Part shown: piece by piece, positions 41,157-50,541 of the stretch
Layout of the letters: each line of letters opens with the position of its first letter
Numbering within the stretch: position 1 is the stretch's first letter
Assembly: GCA_977020255.1 (NCBI GenBank)
Contig: CDROCS010004136.1
Span: forward strand, 1-64,000
Origin: Obrimoposthia wandeli
Taxonomy: Eukaryota
Direction of reading: 5' to 3'
Length of the DNA: 64,000 nucleotides
Notes under the pieces: model-generated
Told to the model about the DNA's origin: nothing
Database searches by the model: none
Seen by the model: only the letters and a program-made list of their open reading frames with translations
Position numbers and translations under genes: made by a program

Positions 41157-44003
41157 ATGAAATTATCCAAACGTTTACTGATAGCGATGCTGACTATTGG
41201 CCTGGTGCCGCTCGCTATGGTCGGGGTTATTAGTTATATAAGTGGTAGTAATGCGCTATACAGTGCCGAGCTAAGTAAGCTGGATGCTGTGCGTGGTGCA
41301 AAGAAGGATCAAATAGAGGCGTATTTCGAGCAAATAAAAAATCAAATAATTACTATGTCTGAAAATGGCATGATTATCGAAGCCATGAAAGGTATGACTC
41401 AAGCCATGGAAGTATTACCGGCACAATTGAGTGATTCAGCAGCAAGTAAAAAAACCTATAGCGAATCACTTACCGGATACTACCGAGATACATTCAATGC
41501 GCAGTACCTGACAAAAAATAGCCTGCCAGTAGAGACTTCAACCCTCCAGCCTAAGCAAATAGACTCTGTGTTGGCACAGTATCTCTATATCAGCCAAAAT
41601 CCCTATCCGCTGGGTAATAAAGATATGCTCAATACTGCTGGGGATAGCAGCGCCTATAGTGCTTTACATCAAAAGTACCATGGTGTCATTCGCAATTATC
41701 TGAAAAAATTTGGTTACTATGATATTTTTTTGATTGAGCCTAAAAAAGGTAAAATTGTCTACAGTGTTTTTAAAGAAATAGATTTTGCTACTAATTTAGT
41801 TGACGGCCCTTACAGAGATACTAATTTGGCAAATGTGTTTCGTAAAGCGCGTAACTTTAAGAGCTCAGAACAGGTCGTACTAGTAGATTTCGCGCCCTAT
41901 TTACCCTCCTATAATGGTCCCGCTTCTTTTATTGGCGCTCCTATCTTTGATGATGAAGAATTGGTTGGCGTTCTCGCTTACCAGATGCCTATAGGCTCTA
42001 TCAACAATATAATGCAAAAGACTGAAGGGCTGGGGGAAAGTGGCGAAACATATTTAGTGGGCAGTGACGGTTTAATGCGGTCGCAATCGCGATTCACTCA
42101 ATCTAATACGGTTTTAGATAAAAAGGTGGCGACTAAAGCCGTCGAAAAAATTAGAAACGAGCAAAGCGGGAACGGAACAATTTTTGATTATCGGGGAATA
42201 GAAGTGCTTTCTTCCTTTAGCCCTTTACGTATTGAAGGTTTGAACTGGGGGATAATCGCAGAAATTGACGAAAAAGAGGCGCTCTCAGCGATAAAATTGT
42301 CAATCTATATTGATCTGATTATTGCATTAATATCGCTAGTTTTTGTCGTAATCACTGCGCTTTATTTAGCGCGCAGTATATCTAAGCCAGTTATTCAGGC
42401 GGTTAAAATAGCAGGAAATATAGCTAGCGGGCGATTAGATAACACAGTAGAAATCAGTACTAAATGTGAGGTGGGAGACCTTTTACAAGCTTTAGATACC
42501 ATGCAGTCGAATTTGAACGCTCGAATAGCCAATGACAGACGAATCTTAAAAGAGAATATAAGGATAAAACAGGCATTAGATAATGTCAGCGGTAATATGT
42601 TAGTTGTCGGTAATGATCATAATGTGTTGTATCTAAACCGGGCAATCGGTACATTTTTACAGTGTAACGCCGCCGAGTTTAAACATATAAATAGACAGTT
42701 TGATGAAAGTGATCTATTACAGCAGCCATTCTTGCAATGGTTGCCAGAGTATCAGCAAGCGCTGACTCGCTTATTAGATGATGAGGCTGAGTACCGTTTG
42801 ATGTTGCAAGTGGGTCCATTAAATTTGTTACTGGTATCTAATCCGGTTAAATCTGACAGCGCTGAGCGTTTAGGTACCGTGATTGAGTTGATTGATCGCA
42901 CCTTAGAACTCGCTACTGAGCAAGAAGTACAGCGAGTGGTTGAAAGTGCACTGGCGGGAGATTTAACGAAACGTATTAATATTGAAGATAAGACAGGTTT
43001 TTTTGCCAATTTATCTAACGGCGTTAACCAGCTGGTGGATGTGAGTGAGCTGGTGATCAATGACACTCAACGTGTAATAGGAGCCATAGCAAAGGGTGAC
43101 TTGTCACAAAAAATTGATAATCAATATAGCGGCTCATTTGAACTACTTAAAGAAAGCATTAATTCAACGGTACAGCGTTTAACCCAAGTTGTTGAACATA
43201 TTCAACGTTCCTCTAAGTCGGTCACCATAGGCGCGAACGAAATATCGCAGGCAAATCAAAAGCTCAATCGACGCACAGAAGAGCAATCGGCTAGCTTGCA
43301 ACAAACAGCGGCCAGTATGGAAGTGTTTACTCAGGTTATTCAAGATAATGCCACTGTTTCCCGTCAGGCGAGTAAAATAGTCCAACAAGCTAGAGAGAGC
43401 GCACAAAAAGGTGGAAGGGTGATTGAGGCGACCATTAGTGCTATGGGAGATATTGATAACTCAAGTAAAGAGATTAGTGAGATCGTGAGTGTCATTGACA
43501 GTATGTCTTTCCAAATAAACTTACTGGCACTCAATGCCGCTGTGGAAGCCGCTCGAGTCGGTGACCAAGGTAAAGGTTTTGGGGTGGTGGCAAGTGAAGT
43601 TAGAAGCTTAGCGAGACTGAGTGCTGAATCAGCTAAAGAAATCGCGCGATCTATAGAGAAGAGTAACCTTAACGTTAAAGAAGGAATGAGATTGGCTCGT
43701 GAATCTGGCGACGTACTTAAGGGTATCGTCACTAGCATTAATAGCGGCACAGAGCATGTGGAAAAAATAGCGCTGACCAGTGCGGAGCAGTCACGAAACG
43801 TAAATGAAATTAATACAGCGATTAATTATATAGATGAAATTACCGTACAAAATGCTGCGATGGTTGAGCAGGCATCACAAGCGAGTGAGTTGTTAGGGGA
43901 GCAGGCGCAGCAGCTCGATGAAATGACGGCTTTCTTTTCTTTAAAGAAGGCACCCGTAGCCAAAATAGTACGGCGCAGTGAGCTGCAAAATTTGAAAGCT
44001 TAG
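41157..44003 (+). CDS. Large chemoreceptor: TM, Cache-like periplasmic sensor, HAMP, Aer2-like PAS, HAMPs, methyl-accepting domain
   Basis: [80 protein letters not shown]; likely start MKLSKR at 41157. Confidence 0.92.
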   Translation: MKLSKRLLIAMLTIGLVPLAMVGVISYISGSNALYSAELSKLDAVRGAKKDQIEAYFEQIKNQIITMSENGMIIEAMKGMTQAMEVLPAQLSDSAASKKTYSESLTGYYRDTFNAQYLTKNSLPVETSTLQPKQIDSVLAQYLYISQNPYPLGNKDMLNTAGDSSAYSALHQKYHGVIRNYLKKFGYYDIFLIEPKKGKIVYSVFKEIDFATNLVDGPYRDTNLANVFRKARNFKSSEQVVLVDFAPYLPSYNGPASFIGAPIFDDEELVGVLAYQMPIGSINNIMQKTEGLGESGETYLVGSDGLMRSQSRFTQSNTVLDKKVATKAVEKIRNEQSGNGTIFDYRGIEVLSSFSPLRIEGLNWGIIAEIDEKEALSAIKLSIYIDLIIALISLVFVVITALYLARSISKPVIQAVKIAGNIASGRLDNTVEISTKCEVGDLLQALDTMQSNLNARIANDRRILKENIRIKQALDNVSGNMLVVGNDHNVLYLNRAIGTFLQCNAAEFKHINRQFDESDLLQQPFLQWLPEYQQALTRLLDDEAEYRLMLQVGPLNLLLVSNPVKSDSAERLGTVIELIDRTLELATEQEVQRVVESALAGDLTKRINIEDKTGFFANLSNGVNQLVDVSELVINDTQRVIGAIAKGDLSQKIDNQYSGSFELLKESINSTVQRLTQVVEHIQRSSKSVTIGANEISQANQKLNRRTEEQSASLQQTAASMEVFTQVIQDNATVSRQASKIVQQARESAQKGGRVIEATISAMGDIDNSSKEISEIVSVIDSMSFQINLLALNAAVEAARVGDQGKGFGVVASEVRSLARLSAESAKEIARSIEKSNLNVKEGMRLARESGDVLKGIVTSINSGTEHVEKIALTSAEQSRNVNEINTAINYIDEITVQNAAMVEQASQASELLGEQAQQLDEMTAFFSLKKAPVAKIVRRSELQNLKA

Positions 44004-44077
44004 CTGGCAAGTGATGAGTGAGTGTTTAACAGTTAAGGTATAATAGAGATTAAATTTTATTGGATTTGAGGTGAATA

Positions 44078-44536
44078 ATGAAGTTACATGTGATGGTCCT
44101 TGCGGGTCTGATGCTGTTGTCGTTGGGTGGTATCAGCAATGCGCAGGAAATTGGCAGCGTAGATACAAGCTTTAAGCTAATAGGTGCCAATCACAAGATA
44201 GTGATAGAGGCTTTTGATGATCCCAAAGTTAAGGGTGTCTCTTGCCACTTGAGTCGAGCAAAGACAGGTGGAGTTTCTGGTAGTTTGGGGCTGGCAGAAG
44301 ATTCATCCGACGCCTCGATAGCCTGTCGACAAGTAGGACCTATTACGATGGATTCATCGATTAAGGAAGGAGAGAGAGTCTTCAAAGAAAAAACATCGTT
44401 GCTATTTAAGAGTATGCAGGTCGTTCGTTTTTTAGATAAGAAACGCAATGTACTTGTCTATTTAGTGTATTCAGACAAATTAGTCGATGGCTCACCTAAA
44501 AACAGTATCTCCAGCGTACCTATTAGGCCTTGGTAA
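44078..44536 (+). CDS. creA: CreA family protein
   Basis: [41 protein letters not shown]...[16 protein letters not shown]...KNSISSV. Confidence 0.93.
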   Translation: MKLHVMVLAGLMLLSLGGISNAQEIGSVDTSFKLIGANHKIVIEAFDDPKVKGVSCHLSRAKTGGVSGSLGLAEDSSDASIACRQVGPITMDSSIKEGERVFKEKTSLLFKSMQVVRFLDKKRNVLVYLVYSDKLVDGSPKNSISSVPIRPW

Positions 44537-44631
44537 TCTATAGCGCTCACCCTTAGTTAAAAGTACTTCACGGTAGTTAGTAATACCGCTTATCCTTCAT
44601 CATGGAAAGAAAAGTGGATTGCTGACTGGCG

Positions 44632-45375
44632 CTAACGTTGATATTGGTTTTCAATCTGCGTCATCACGCCTTGAGATAGCGCATCTTTTATCGCAATATC
44701 AATCTTATGATACAGAGTGTCATCCACCCCTTTCTTTGAGAGCAAACTATAGATAGGTACTTGGCTTAGCACTGGGCTTTTAATGACAATTTTATGACTC
44801 AGATTTGCTTTTTTCAATAGTGTTGAGAGGCCATTACTTGAAGCCAGTAGCGCATCGGCCCGGTTCTTTAACAACATATCAATTCCTTTTTCCAAGCTTG
44901 AGACACTGTATATAAGGCGTGGTTTAGCTAGTAGCTGTTGCTTTAACCCTCCGAGATACCAATTCTTGGGATAAAGTACGGTGCGAGCTTGCCTAAAAAA
45001 TGCACCTAGTGAGGGGGTAAAAGGAGTATCTACTCTGGCGAAGAGGTGGAACTTTACCTGACTAATCGGCTTGGTTGAATAAGTGGCAAACTGTTCGCGT
45101 TCTGGATTATAGAAGGCGGTAGCAATGTCTACGTCACCGTTTTTTAAACCGCGTATCACTCTTTTCCAAGGGGTGACTCTAAAGCTGATATCACACCCTA
45201 TTTGTCGGCCGATATAAGCATAAAAATCGCGATTGATGCCAGTTACTTTGCCCTTTTCAAGCCAAAAGTAGGGTTCGAAGTTAATTGATGCGACTAGTAG
45301 CGAGCAGGCGAAAGCGTTAGATGGGATAGAGGTTAAGCAAGTAACGAGTAATACACTGAAGCAGAGCGTGCGCAT
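44632..45375 (-). CDS. Orphan solute-binding protein family 3
   Basis: Signal peptide, FEPYFW, TPWKRVIRGLKNGDVD, YNPEREQFATYS, MLLKNRAD. Confidence 0.85.
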   Translation of the reverse strand: MRTLCFSVLLVTCLTSIPSNAFACSLLVASINFEPYFWLEKGKVTGINRDFYAYIGRQIGCDISFRVTPWKRVIRGLKNGDVDIATAFYNPEREQFATYSTKPISQVKFHLFARVDTPFTPSLGAFFRQARTVLYPKNWYLGGLKQQLLAKPRLIYSVSSLEKGIDMLLKNRADALLASSNGLSTLLKKANLSHKIVIKSPVLSQVPIYSLLSKKGVDDTLYHKIDIAIKDALSQGVMTQIENQYQR

Positions 45376-45501
45376 CTGAAATCATCTCATAGGTAACTAA
45401 TGTAATAATACTACCTATAACGCCTGATTTTAAAGCGTTAGTGTGATTTTTGTACAATGCTTTCGATGATGTTTATCAGTAATGCAGTAGAGGTCCAGCT
45501 T

Positions 45502-45537
45502 GCCAGAGAGAGGAGCGGTCAGAAACCTCGCTCTGGC
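45502..45537 (-). terminator. Hairpin downstream of ibpA
   Basis: GCCAGAGAGAGG...CCTCGCTCTGGC. Confidence 0.45.
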
Positions 45538-45546
45538 TCACCCAGA

Positions 45547-45963
45547 TTAACCTTCGATCTTAATCGATCGCGGTTTCATCGCTTCAGGTATTTCGCGGAG
45601 TAAATTTACGTGGAGCAATCCGTTTTCTATATTGGCACCAATGACTTTAACATGATCTGCTAACTGGAAACGACGCTCAAAATTACGTGCGGCAATACCT
45701 TGGTAAAGGTAGTGATGCTCAGTTTTGTCCGATTTTTTTTCGCCAATTATCGTTAAGCTACTTTGTTCGGAGTTGATGTTTAGCTCATCTAGCGTAAAAC
45801 CAGCGACGGCCATTGTGATGCGGTATTCGTTCTCAGCCAATAATTCTACGTTATAAGGCGGAAAAGCCGGTTGTTCAGTTCTGCTGGCGCTATCGACGAT
45901 GGAGGCGATACGGTCAAAACCTATCGCTGAGCGATATAGGGGAGTTAAATCTAACGTTCTCAT
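45547..45963 (-). CDS. ibpA: Small heat shock protein IbpA
   Basis: DLTPLYRSAIGFDR, FPPYNVE, YRITMAVAGF, YLYQGIAARNFERRFQLADHVKV, NGLLHVNLLREIPEAMKPRSI; SD spacing favours the second ATG (45963). Confidence 0.95.
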   Translation of the reverse strand: MRTLDLTPLYRSAIGFDRIASIVDSASRTEQPAFPPYNVELLAENEYRITMAVAGFTLDELNINSEQSSLTIIGEKKSDKTEHHYLYQGIAARNFERRFQLADHVKVIGANIENGLLHVNLLREIPEAMKPRSIKIEG

Positions 45964-45966
45964 ATG

Positions 45967-46065
45967 CATATCCTTTTAAGCAATATGTTAATTTCATCTA
46001 TCCGAAGACTAGATGTGCGAAATCATTGTGATCTCTTTCATACAGGCCTCTCATGAGCGCCTGTA
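45967..46065 (-). ncRNA. ROSE-type RNA thermometer in the ibpA 5' UTR
   Basis: Three hairpins on the minus strand; the last (CAUAUUGCUUAAAAGGAUAUG) pairs UUGCU, with a bulged G, against the AGGA Shine-Dalgarno. Confidence 0.7.
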
Positions 46066-46071
46066 CTACTA

Positions 46072-46099
46072 ATATGAGGACGTTTTAAGGTGATTCAAG
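46072..46099 (-). promoter_or_regulatory. Sigma-32 (RpoH) promoter of ibpA
   Basis: Minus strand CTTGAA-N14-CCTCATAT versus consensus CTTGAA-N13/14-CCCCATnT. Confidence 0.75.
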
Positions 46100-46120
46100 G
46101 GGTACATGCTATTTAAATTT

Positions 46121-46534
46121 TTAGAGCACTTCGGTGTTTTTAAAGCGATCGACATCATTGGTGATATTGACGTCAACTTGTACGCTAGGGATTTTAAAGT
46201 CATGCACTCGTTGCCATTCTTGCTGTTCAGGTGTGCGCTCCCAAACAGTCCCAGCATTATAGGTCAATAAATCGGTAAGGCTTGCATCCATCTGGCACAG
46301 CTTCTCCAGGGGAACTGGCAACATATTAGCGAGTTCATTCTCTAGGAACTCAGATGTTTCATAACCGGTATACATACGCCAGCCAGTGTCATTTAAATGT
46401 TCGGGAACGGTTTTATAGATAAAGCGGATAGGAAGCTGCTCATCTAAAATCATTTTGGAGACTAGGGCGAGAAAGCCACTTTTCGTCTGGTTTGTTTCAC
46501 TGCCTGATGTAATGTCGTTGTTTACTTCGCTCAT
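46121..46534 (-). CDS. DUF2185 family protein (immunity-protein-like)
   Basis: FLALVSKMIL...IRFIYKTVPEHLNDTGWRMYTGYETSEF; likely start MSEVNN at 46534. Confidence 0.8.
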   Translation of the reverse strand: MSEVNNDITSGSETNQTKSGFLALVSKMILDEQLPIRFIYKTVPEHLNDTGWRMYTGYETSEFLENELANMLPVPLEKLCQMDASLTDLLTYNAGTVWERTPEQQEWQRVHDFKIPSVQVDVNITNDVDRFKNTEVL

Positions 46535-46819
46535 AAGTGCCTCCAAAATTTCTGCGATATTAACAGATATCAATAGGCTGTAAAGCAGGTAATCCATTTC
46601 AGGCCATTTTACTCAATAGCACTTGGAGAACTAACCAGTACAACTGCTCAATCAGATAGGGCGAACGTAAAAAGGGTATTCCAATGTGACTCATGTTTAG
46701 TATAAGGATGACTGAAAAGGTTTCGAAATGATTAATTCAACGCGTAATAAAAGATAGAGTGGAGATCAGAAATGTTATGATAAGCAAAGTACTAGCATTT
46801 ATTTTATAAAGGATTCACT

Positions 46820-47419
46820 ATGGATTTTTCTGTCTACCTCGCCGGGCTTGCCTCATTGATGGTCATTGTTGACCCTATAGGTACCGCGCTTATATTCCAC
46901 TCATTAGTGCCCATTGAAGACACTAAGTTTCGTCGATTGATGGCAATTAAATCGACTTTGATTGCCACGGTGTTGTTACTTGTTTTTGGCATGTTTGGCG
47001 AACCATTTTTAAATACCCTAGGTATTAGTATCCACGCCTTTCGTATATCAGGCGGGGTATTGCTCTTTTTTACTGCCTTTAGTTTAATCACTAAAGATAA
47101 CGACTATTCTGGCAAAACGAGCAATAAAGATATTTCGGTCTTTCCAATGGCTATCCCAATGATGGCAGGGCCCGGATCTTTAACGTTATCTATCTTGTTG
47201 TTCTCTCAATCTAACGATGCAGCGAGTGATATAGCAGTTGCCGCCGCCGTCTTAACGATTACTCTAGCGACCTTTGTATTCATGCTGATATCAAAGTACG
47301 TGAAAAGGGTGATAGGGCGCACTGGGGATGATATTTTACGGCGTTTTCTCGGAGTGATCTTAGCGGCGTTGGCTATTCAGTTTATCTATGATGGTATTGT
47401 TAATATTAGTGGTACTTAA
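46820..47419 (+). CDS. MarC family membrane protein
   Basis: IVDPIG, FRISGGVLLF, VFPMAIPMMAGPGS, RFLGVILAALAIQFIYDG. Confidence 0.93.
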   Translation: MDFSVYLAGLASLMVIVDPIGTALIFHSLVPIEDTKFRRLMAIKSTLIATVLLLVFGMFGEPFLNTLGISIHAFRISGGVLLFFTAFSLITKDNDYSGKTSNKDISVFPMAIPMMAGPGSLTLSILLFSQSNDAASDIAVAAAVLTITLATFVFMLISKYVKRVIGRTGDDILRRFLGVILAALAIQFIYDGIVNISGT

Positions 47420-47586
47420 TTTGAATACACAAGCGTCAGACTTGGTTGATCGTAGCGAGAAAAATAAAATTTGAGCAGGTTTTTCAAACCTGTTGCGCCT
47501 AATAGCGTGGTATTTAACGATAAAGAGCGGAATATACCACCAATTCTGATTGCTCGCAGTAGATCGGTGGTAAGTTGAATTACTTC

Positions 47587-48921
47587 CTAGAGAAAGCGCT
47601 TGAGTAATCTATCAATCTGGGTGAGCTGCAGTTTACGTATAGGTTCACGTACCTCTGCAGGGTAATCTTGCAAGCTTTCTAGATTATTACTGTGACTGAT
47701 TTTGACAGTATGTTGCATGATACTGGCCCGTTCGGTTGACCACTTATCTTGTAGTAAACGTTTCGGATCTTCCAGCAGCAGGGCATTTTCTAAATCTAAA
47801 CTCCAAGCGCGCGGATTTAAATTGCTCCCTGTAATCATGTGACGACGATTATCGACGACAATTCCTTTAAGGTGGAAGCTGTGGTTCTGATATGACCAGA
47901 GGTGTATTTTCAATAGTCCAGCATCAATAAATGTCTGATGTCGCTTGATAAAACGCACCAGTAATAATTCATAGATGTAAGGGATAATGCCTATTTTAGA
48001 AAACTCACTACCGGGGGGAATGTAAAAATCATTGGCTTTTTTGTCACCGATGACCATTGTTACCTCAACGCCGCGTTTTAATGCTTTGCGTAAATCTTTA
48101 GCGAGCACCGCCGGTAGATTAAAGTAAGGTGTAAATAGTGTGATGCTTTCTATACTGTTCTTAAAGAGCTCGCGAATACTGTTATTGACAATATTACCTC
48201 GCGGGCCAAAACCCACCATAGGTATCACCGAGATATCGCCCGCTTTACGCTGGTGCACTTTGGTACAGTAATGAGAGTGGCGCAGTAAGAGCTTTTGTTT
48301 CTTGGCCGCTTTTTTCTGTTCTTTCTTATCTATGTGGTATTCAGTATTAAGAAGGGGAGAGAGGCCGGGTTTAACAATATAGCGCTCTAAGTAATCAATC
48401 ATACTCTGCGCTAAGTCTTGGCAGTGCACTAAATGGTAGCGATCGTAGCGGCACTTGTCTGCTTGATGTAAGTAGACATCATTTATACTCGCTCCTGTAT
48501 AAAGCACACAGGAATCAAAAATTAAGCCTTTGAGGTGCAATACGCCAAATAGCTCTTTGGTTTTTACTAATACGCCGTATATATTTATTTTTACGCTGTG
48601 TTGCTTTGCAATCTCTAAATAAAATGCCCTATTACCTAAACATTCTGTTTCGCCAATTAACCCGCGCTGTGCACGGTGAGCATCGACAAAAATTTTTATA
48701 TCCAACGATGGGTTCTGCTGTTTCGCCAGATACAATGCTTCGAGAATTTCTTTACCTGCGTCATCTTCCTGCAAATAGAGAGCGGTAATATAAATTCGCT
48801 GCTGTGCCTTGGCAATATTGTCCAAAATGGCTTGTTTAAAACCTTTGGCACTTTCGATTACATTGACATCTTTTGCATCTAAGGTAATCGGTTGTTGGCT
48901 ATTATAATGATTCGGTAACAT
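47587..48921 (-). CDS. pssA: CDP-diacylglycerol--serine O-phosphatidyltransferase, type I (phospholipase D fold)
   Basis: RIYITALYLQED, DAHRAQRGLIG, HKD motifs LHLKGLIFD and FHLKGIVVD, TGSNLNPRAWSLDLEN. Confidence 0.93.
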   Translation of the reverse strand: MLPNHYNSQQPITLDAKDVNVIESAKGFKQAILDNIAKAQQRIYITALYLQEDDAGKEILEALYLAKQQNPSLDIKIFVDAHRAQRGLIGETECLGNRAFYLEIAKQHSVKINIYGVLVKTKELFGVLHLKGLIFDSCVLYTGASINDVYLHQADKCRYDRYHLVHCQDLAQSMIDYLERYIVKPGLSPLLNTEYHIDKKEQKKAAKKQKLLLRHSHYCTKVHQRKAGDISVIPMVGFGPRGNIVNNSIRELFKNSIESITLFTPYFNLPAVLAKDLRKALKRGVEVTMVIGDKKANDFYIPPGSEFSKIGIIPYIYELLLVRFIKRHQTFIDAGLLKIHLWSYQNHSFHLKGIVVDNRRHMITGSNLNPRAWSLDLENALLLEDPKRLLQDKWSTERASIMQHTVKISHSNNLESLQDYPAEVREPIRKLQLTQIDRLLKRFL

Positions 48922-49175
48922 TCAATTAATACAATCCTATAAAGATGCGGCAAGGTTACCATATAAAAGTGCTTAGATGTACCAGCTATGGGGGCTTGAT
49001 ACTGGATTAATAACCTTGACTTTGTTGATGTTTAAGGAAATATCTGCCTTATACTTTCTGTAGTTTAGTGAGACCACAACAATGAATTTTAGTGCCGAAC
49101 TAAGCGCGAAAGAGAGAATGTTTTAGAGGGAGGGATGCAGTGCACATGCGATAGTGGAGCAGTACACTGATCGAG

Positions 49176-49592
49176 CTAAGCGGCGGCGACAGCAGTGGCA
49201 ATTTGTTGTATACGACCAACGATTGAGCGCAGTCCATTACCCCGTGTTGGGCTTATATGCTGCTCTAAATCTAATTGGGTAAAGTAGCCATTGATATCAA
49301 ACGCAAGAATTTGAGCGGCCGTTTTGTTATTGTAAGCAGCCATGACTAACGCCAGTAAGCCACGCACGATAATTGCATCAGAGTCGACTTCAAAACAGAG
49401 TAAGTCGCCATCACTTCTAACATCAATCCAGACATTACTTTGACAGCCTTTAACGAGACGCACTGAATTTTGTAACTCGGAAGACATAAACGGTAACTCT
49501 TTACCAAGCTCTATAATGTATTTATAGCGCTCTTCCCAGTCATCGAAGAACTCAAGATCTTCTACGATATCGTCAGTTGTTGGTAGTGCCAT
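49176..49592 (-). CDS. sufE: Fe-S cluster sulfur transfer protein SufE
   Basis: DDWEERYKYIIELG, VKGCQSNVW, DSDAIIVRGL, SPTRGNGL. Confidence 0.94.
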   Translation of the reverse strand: MALPTTDDIVEDLEFFDDWEERYKYIIELGKELPFMSSELQNSVRLVKGCQSNVWIDVRSDGDLLCFEVDSDAIIVRGLLALVMAAYNNKTAAQILAFDINGYFTQLDLEQHISPTRGNGLRSIVGRIQQIATAVAAA

Positions 49593-49610
49593 GTTACTTA
49601 TATCCTCAAG

Positions 49611-50144
49611 CTAAAAAAACAAACCTGTTTCTAATTGCGCTTCTTCACTCATCATATCTTTGTGCCATGGTGGATCAAAAACCAGTTCGACATTAACGCT
49701 CGTTACATTGGGTACTAAGGCGATACGATATTCAACATCACTGACTAAAATAGGACCCATGCCACAACCGGGTGCTGTCAACGTCATAGTGACAGTAACA
49801 CTACTGTCCGACTGGTCAGCACTAACACCGTAAATCAGACCTAATTCAACTAAGTTTACTGGGATTTCAGGATCAAAAACACTGCGAATTGCCTGCCAGA
49901 CTTGATCGATGTCAATCTTACCGCTGCCATTATCTTCAAAGTTAAGTACTTGAGCTTCACGACCAATCGCGCCTGCATCGGTGCCATCTATTCGCAGCAT
50001 ATTCCCTTGCCAAGTAACGGTGTAATTACCGCCTAAATCTTGGTTGATACTGATAAACTGGCCTGCGGGAATACTTGTTTTATCCCCAGTGGGAACACGT
50101 CTTGCTGGGCATTCGCGCTGAGTAACCACCATATTTTGCTGCAT
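49611..50144 (-). CDS. sufT: Fe-S cluster assembly protein SufT (DUF59)
   Basis: RRVPTG, DPEIPVNLVELGLIY, MTLTAPGCGMG, LVFDPPW, MSEEAQLETG. Confidence 0.93.
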   Translation of the reverse strand: MQQNMVVTQRECPARRVPTGDKTSIPAGQFISINQDLGGNYTVTWQGNMLRIDGTDAGAIGREAQVLNFEDNGSGKIDIDQVWQAIRSVFDPEIPVNLVELGLIYGVSADQSDSSVTVTMTLTAPGCGMGPILVSDVEYRIALVPNVTSVNVELVFDPPWHKDMMSEEAQLETGLFF

Positions 50145-50171
50145 GCTGTGTCGATCTCTTAACTGATAATG

Positions 50172-50525
50172 TTATACGGTAAAACTTTCACCGCAGCCGC
50201 ACTCGGCAATTACATTGGGGTTTTTAAACTTGATGACACGGTTAATACCTTCAAGAACGTAATCAATTTCAGTACCTTGCGCAATCTCAGCCGCTTTGGT
50301 TGAAACCGCTAACTGTATATCATCTGGCAGCGAGAGTAATTGATCGTCTCCCTCTGCCTGATCGACGTAATCAAGAACGTAGGCATAACCGGTGCAGCCA
50401 CTTTTTTTGATACTTAAGCGAATCATCTGCTCGGGCTTGTCGGCTAGGTTTCGCGCAAAATGTTTACGCGCACTCGCCGTGACACTAATATTTAATGCCT
50501 TGGGGTTATAGGTCTCAATTGTCAT
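50172..50525 (-). CDS. sufA: A-type Fe-S carrier protein (SufA/IscA)
   Basis: KSGCTGYAY, FKNPN, ECGCGESF. Confidence 0.93.
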   Translation of the reverse strand: MTIETYNPKALNISVTASARKHFARNLADKPEQMIRLSIKKSGCTGYAYVLDYVDQAEGDDQLLSLPDDIQLAVSTKAAEIAQGTEIDYVLEGINRVIKFKNPNVIAECGCGESFTV

Positions 50526-50541
50526 CTTATTCTCCTTAAGC

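Noticed and set aside
46769-46791. Zur-like half site GAAATGTTATG upstream of the MarC gene
   Set aside because: The second half of the palindrome is missing.
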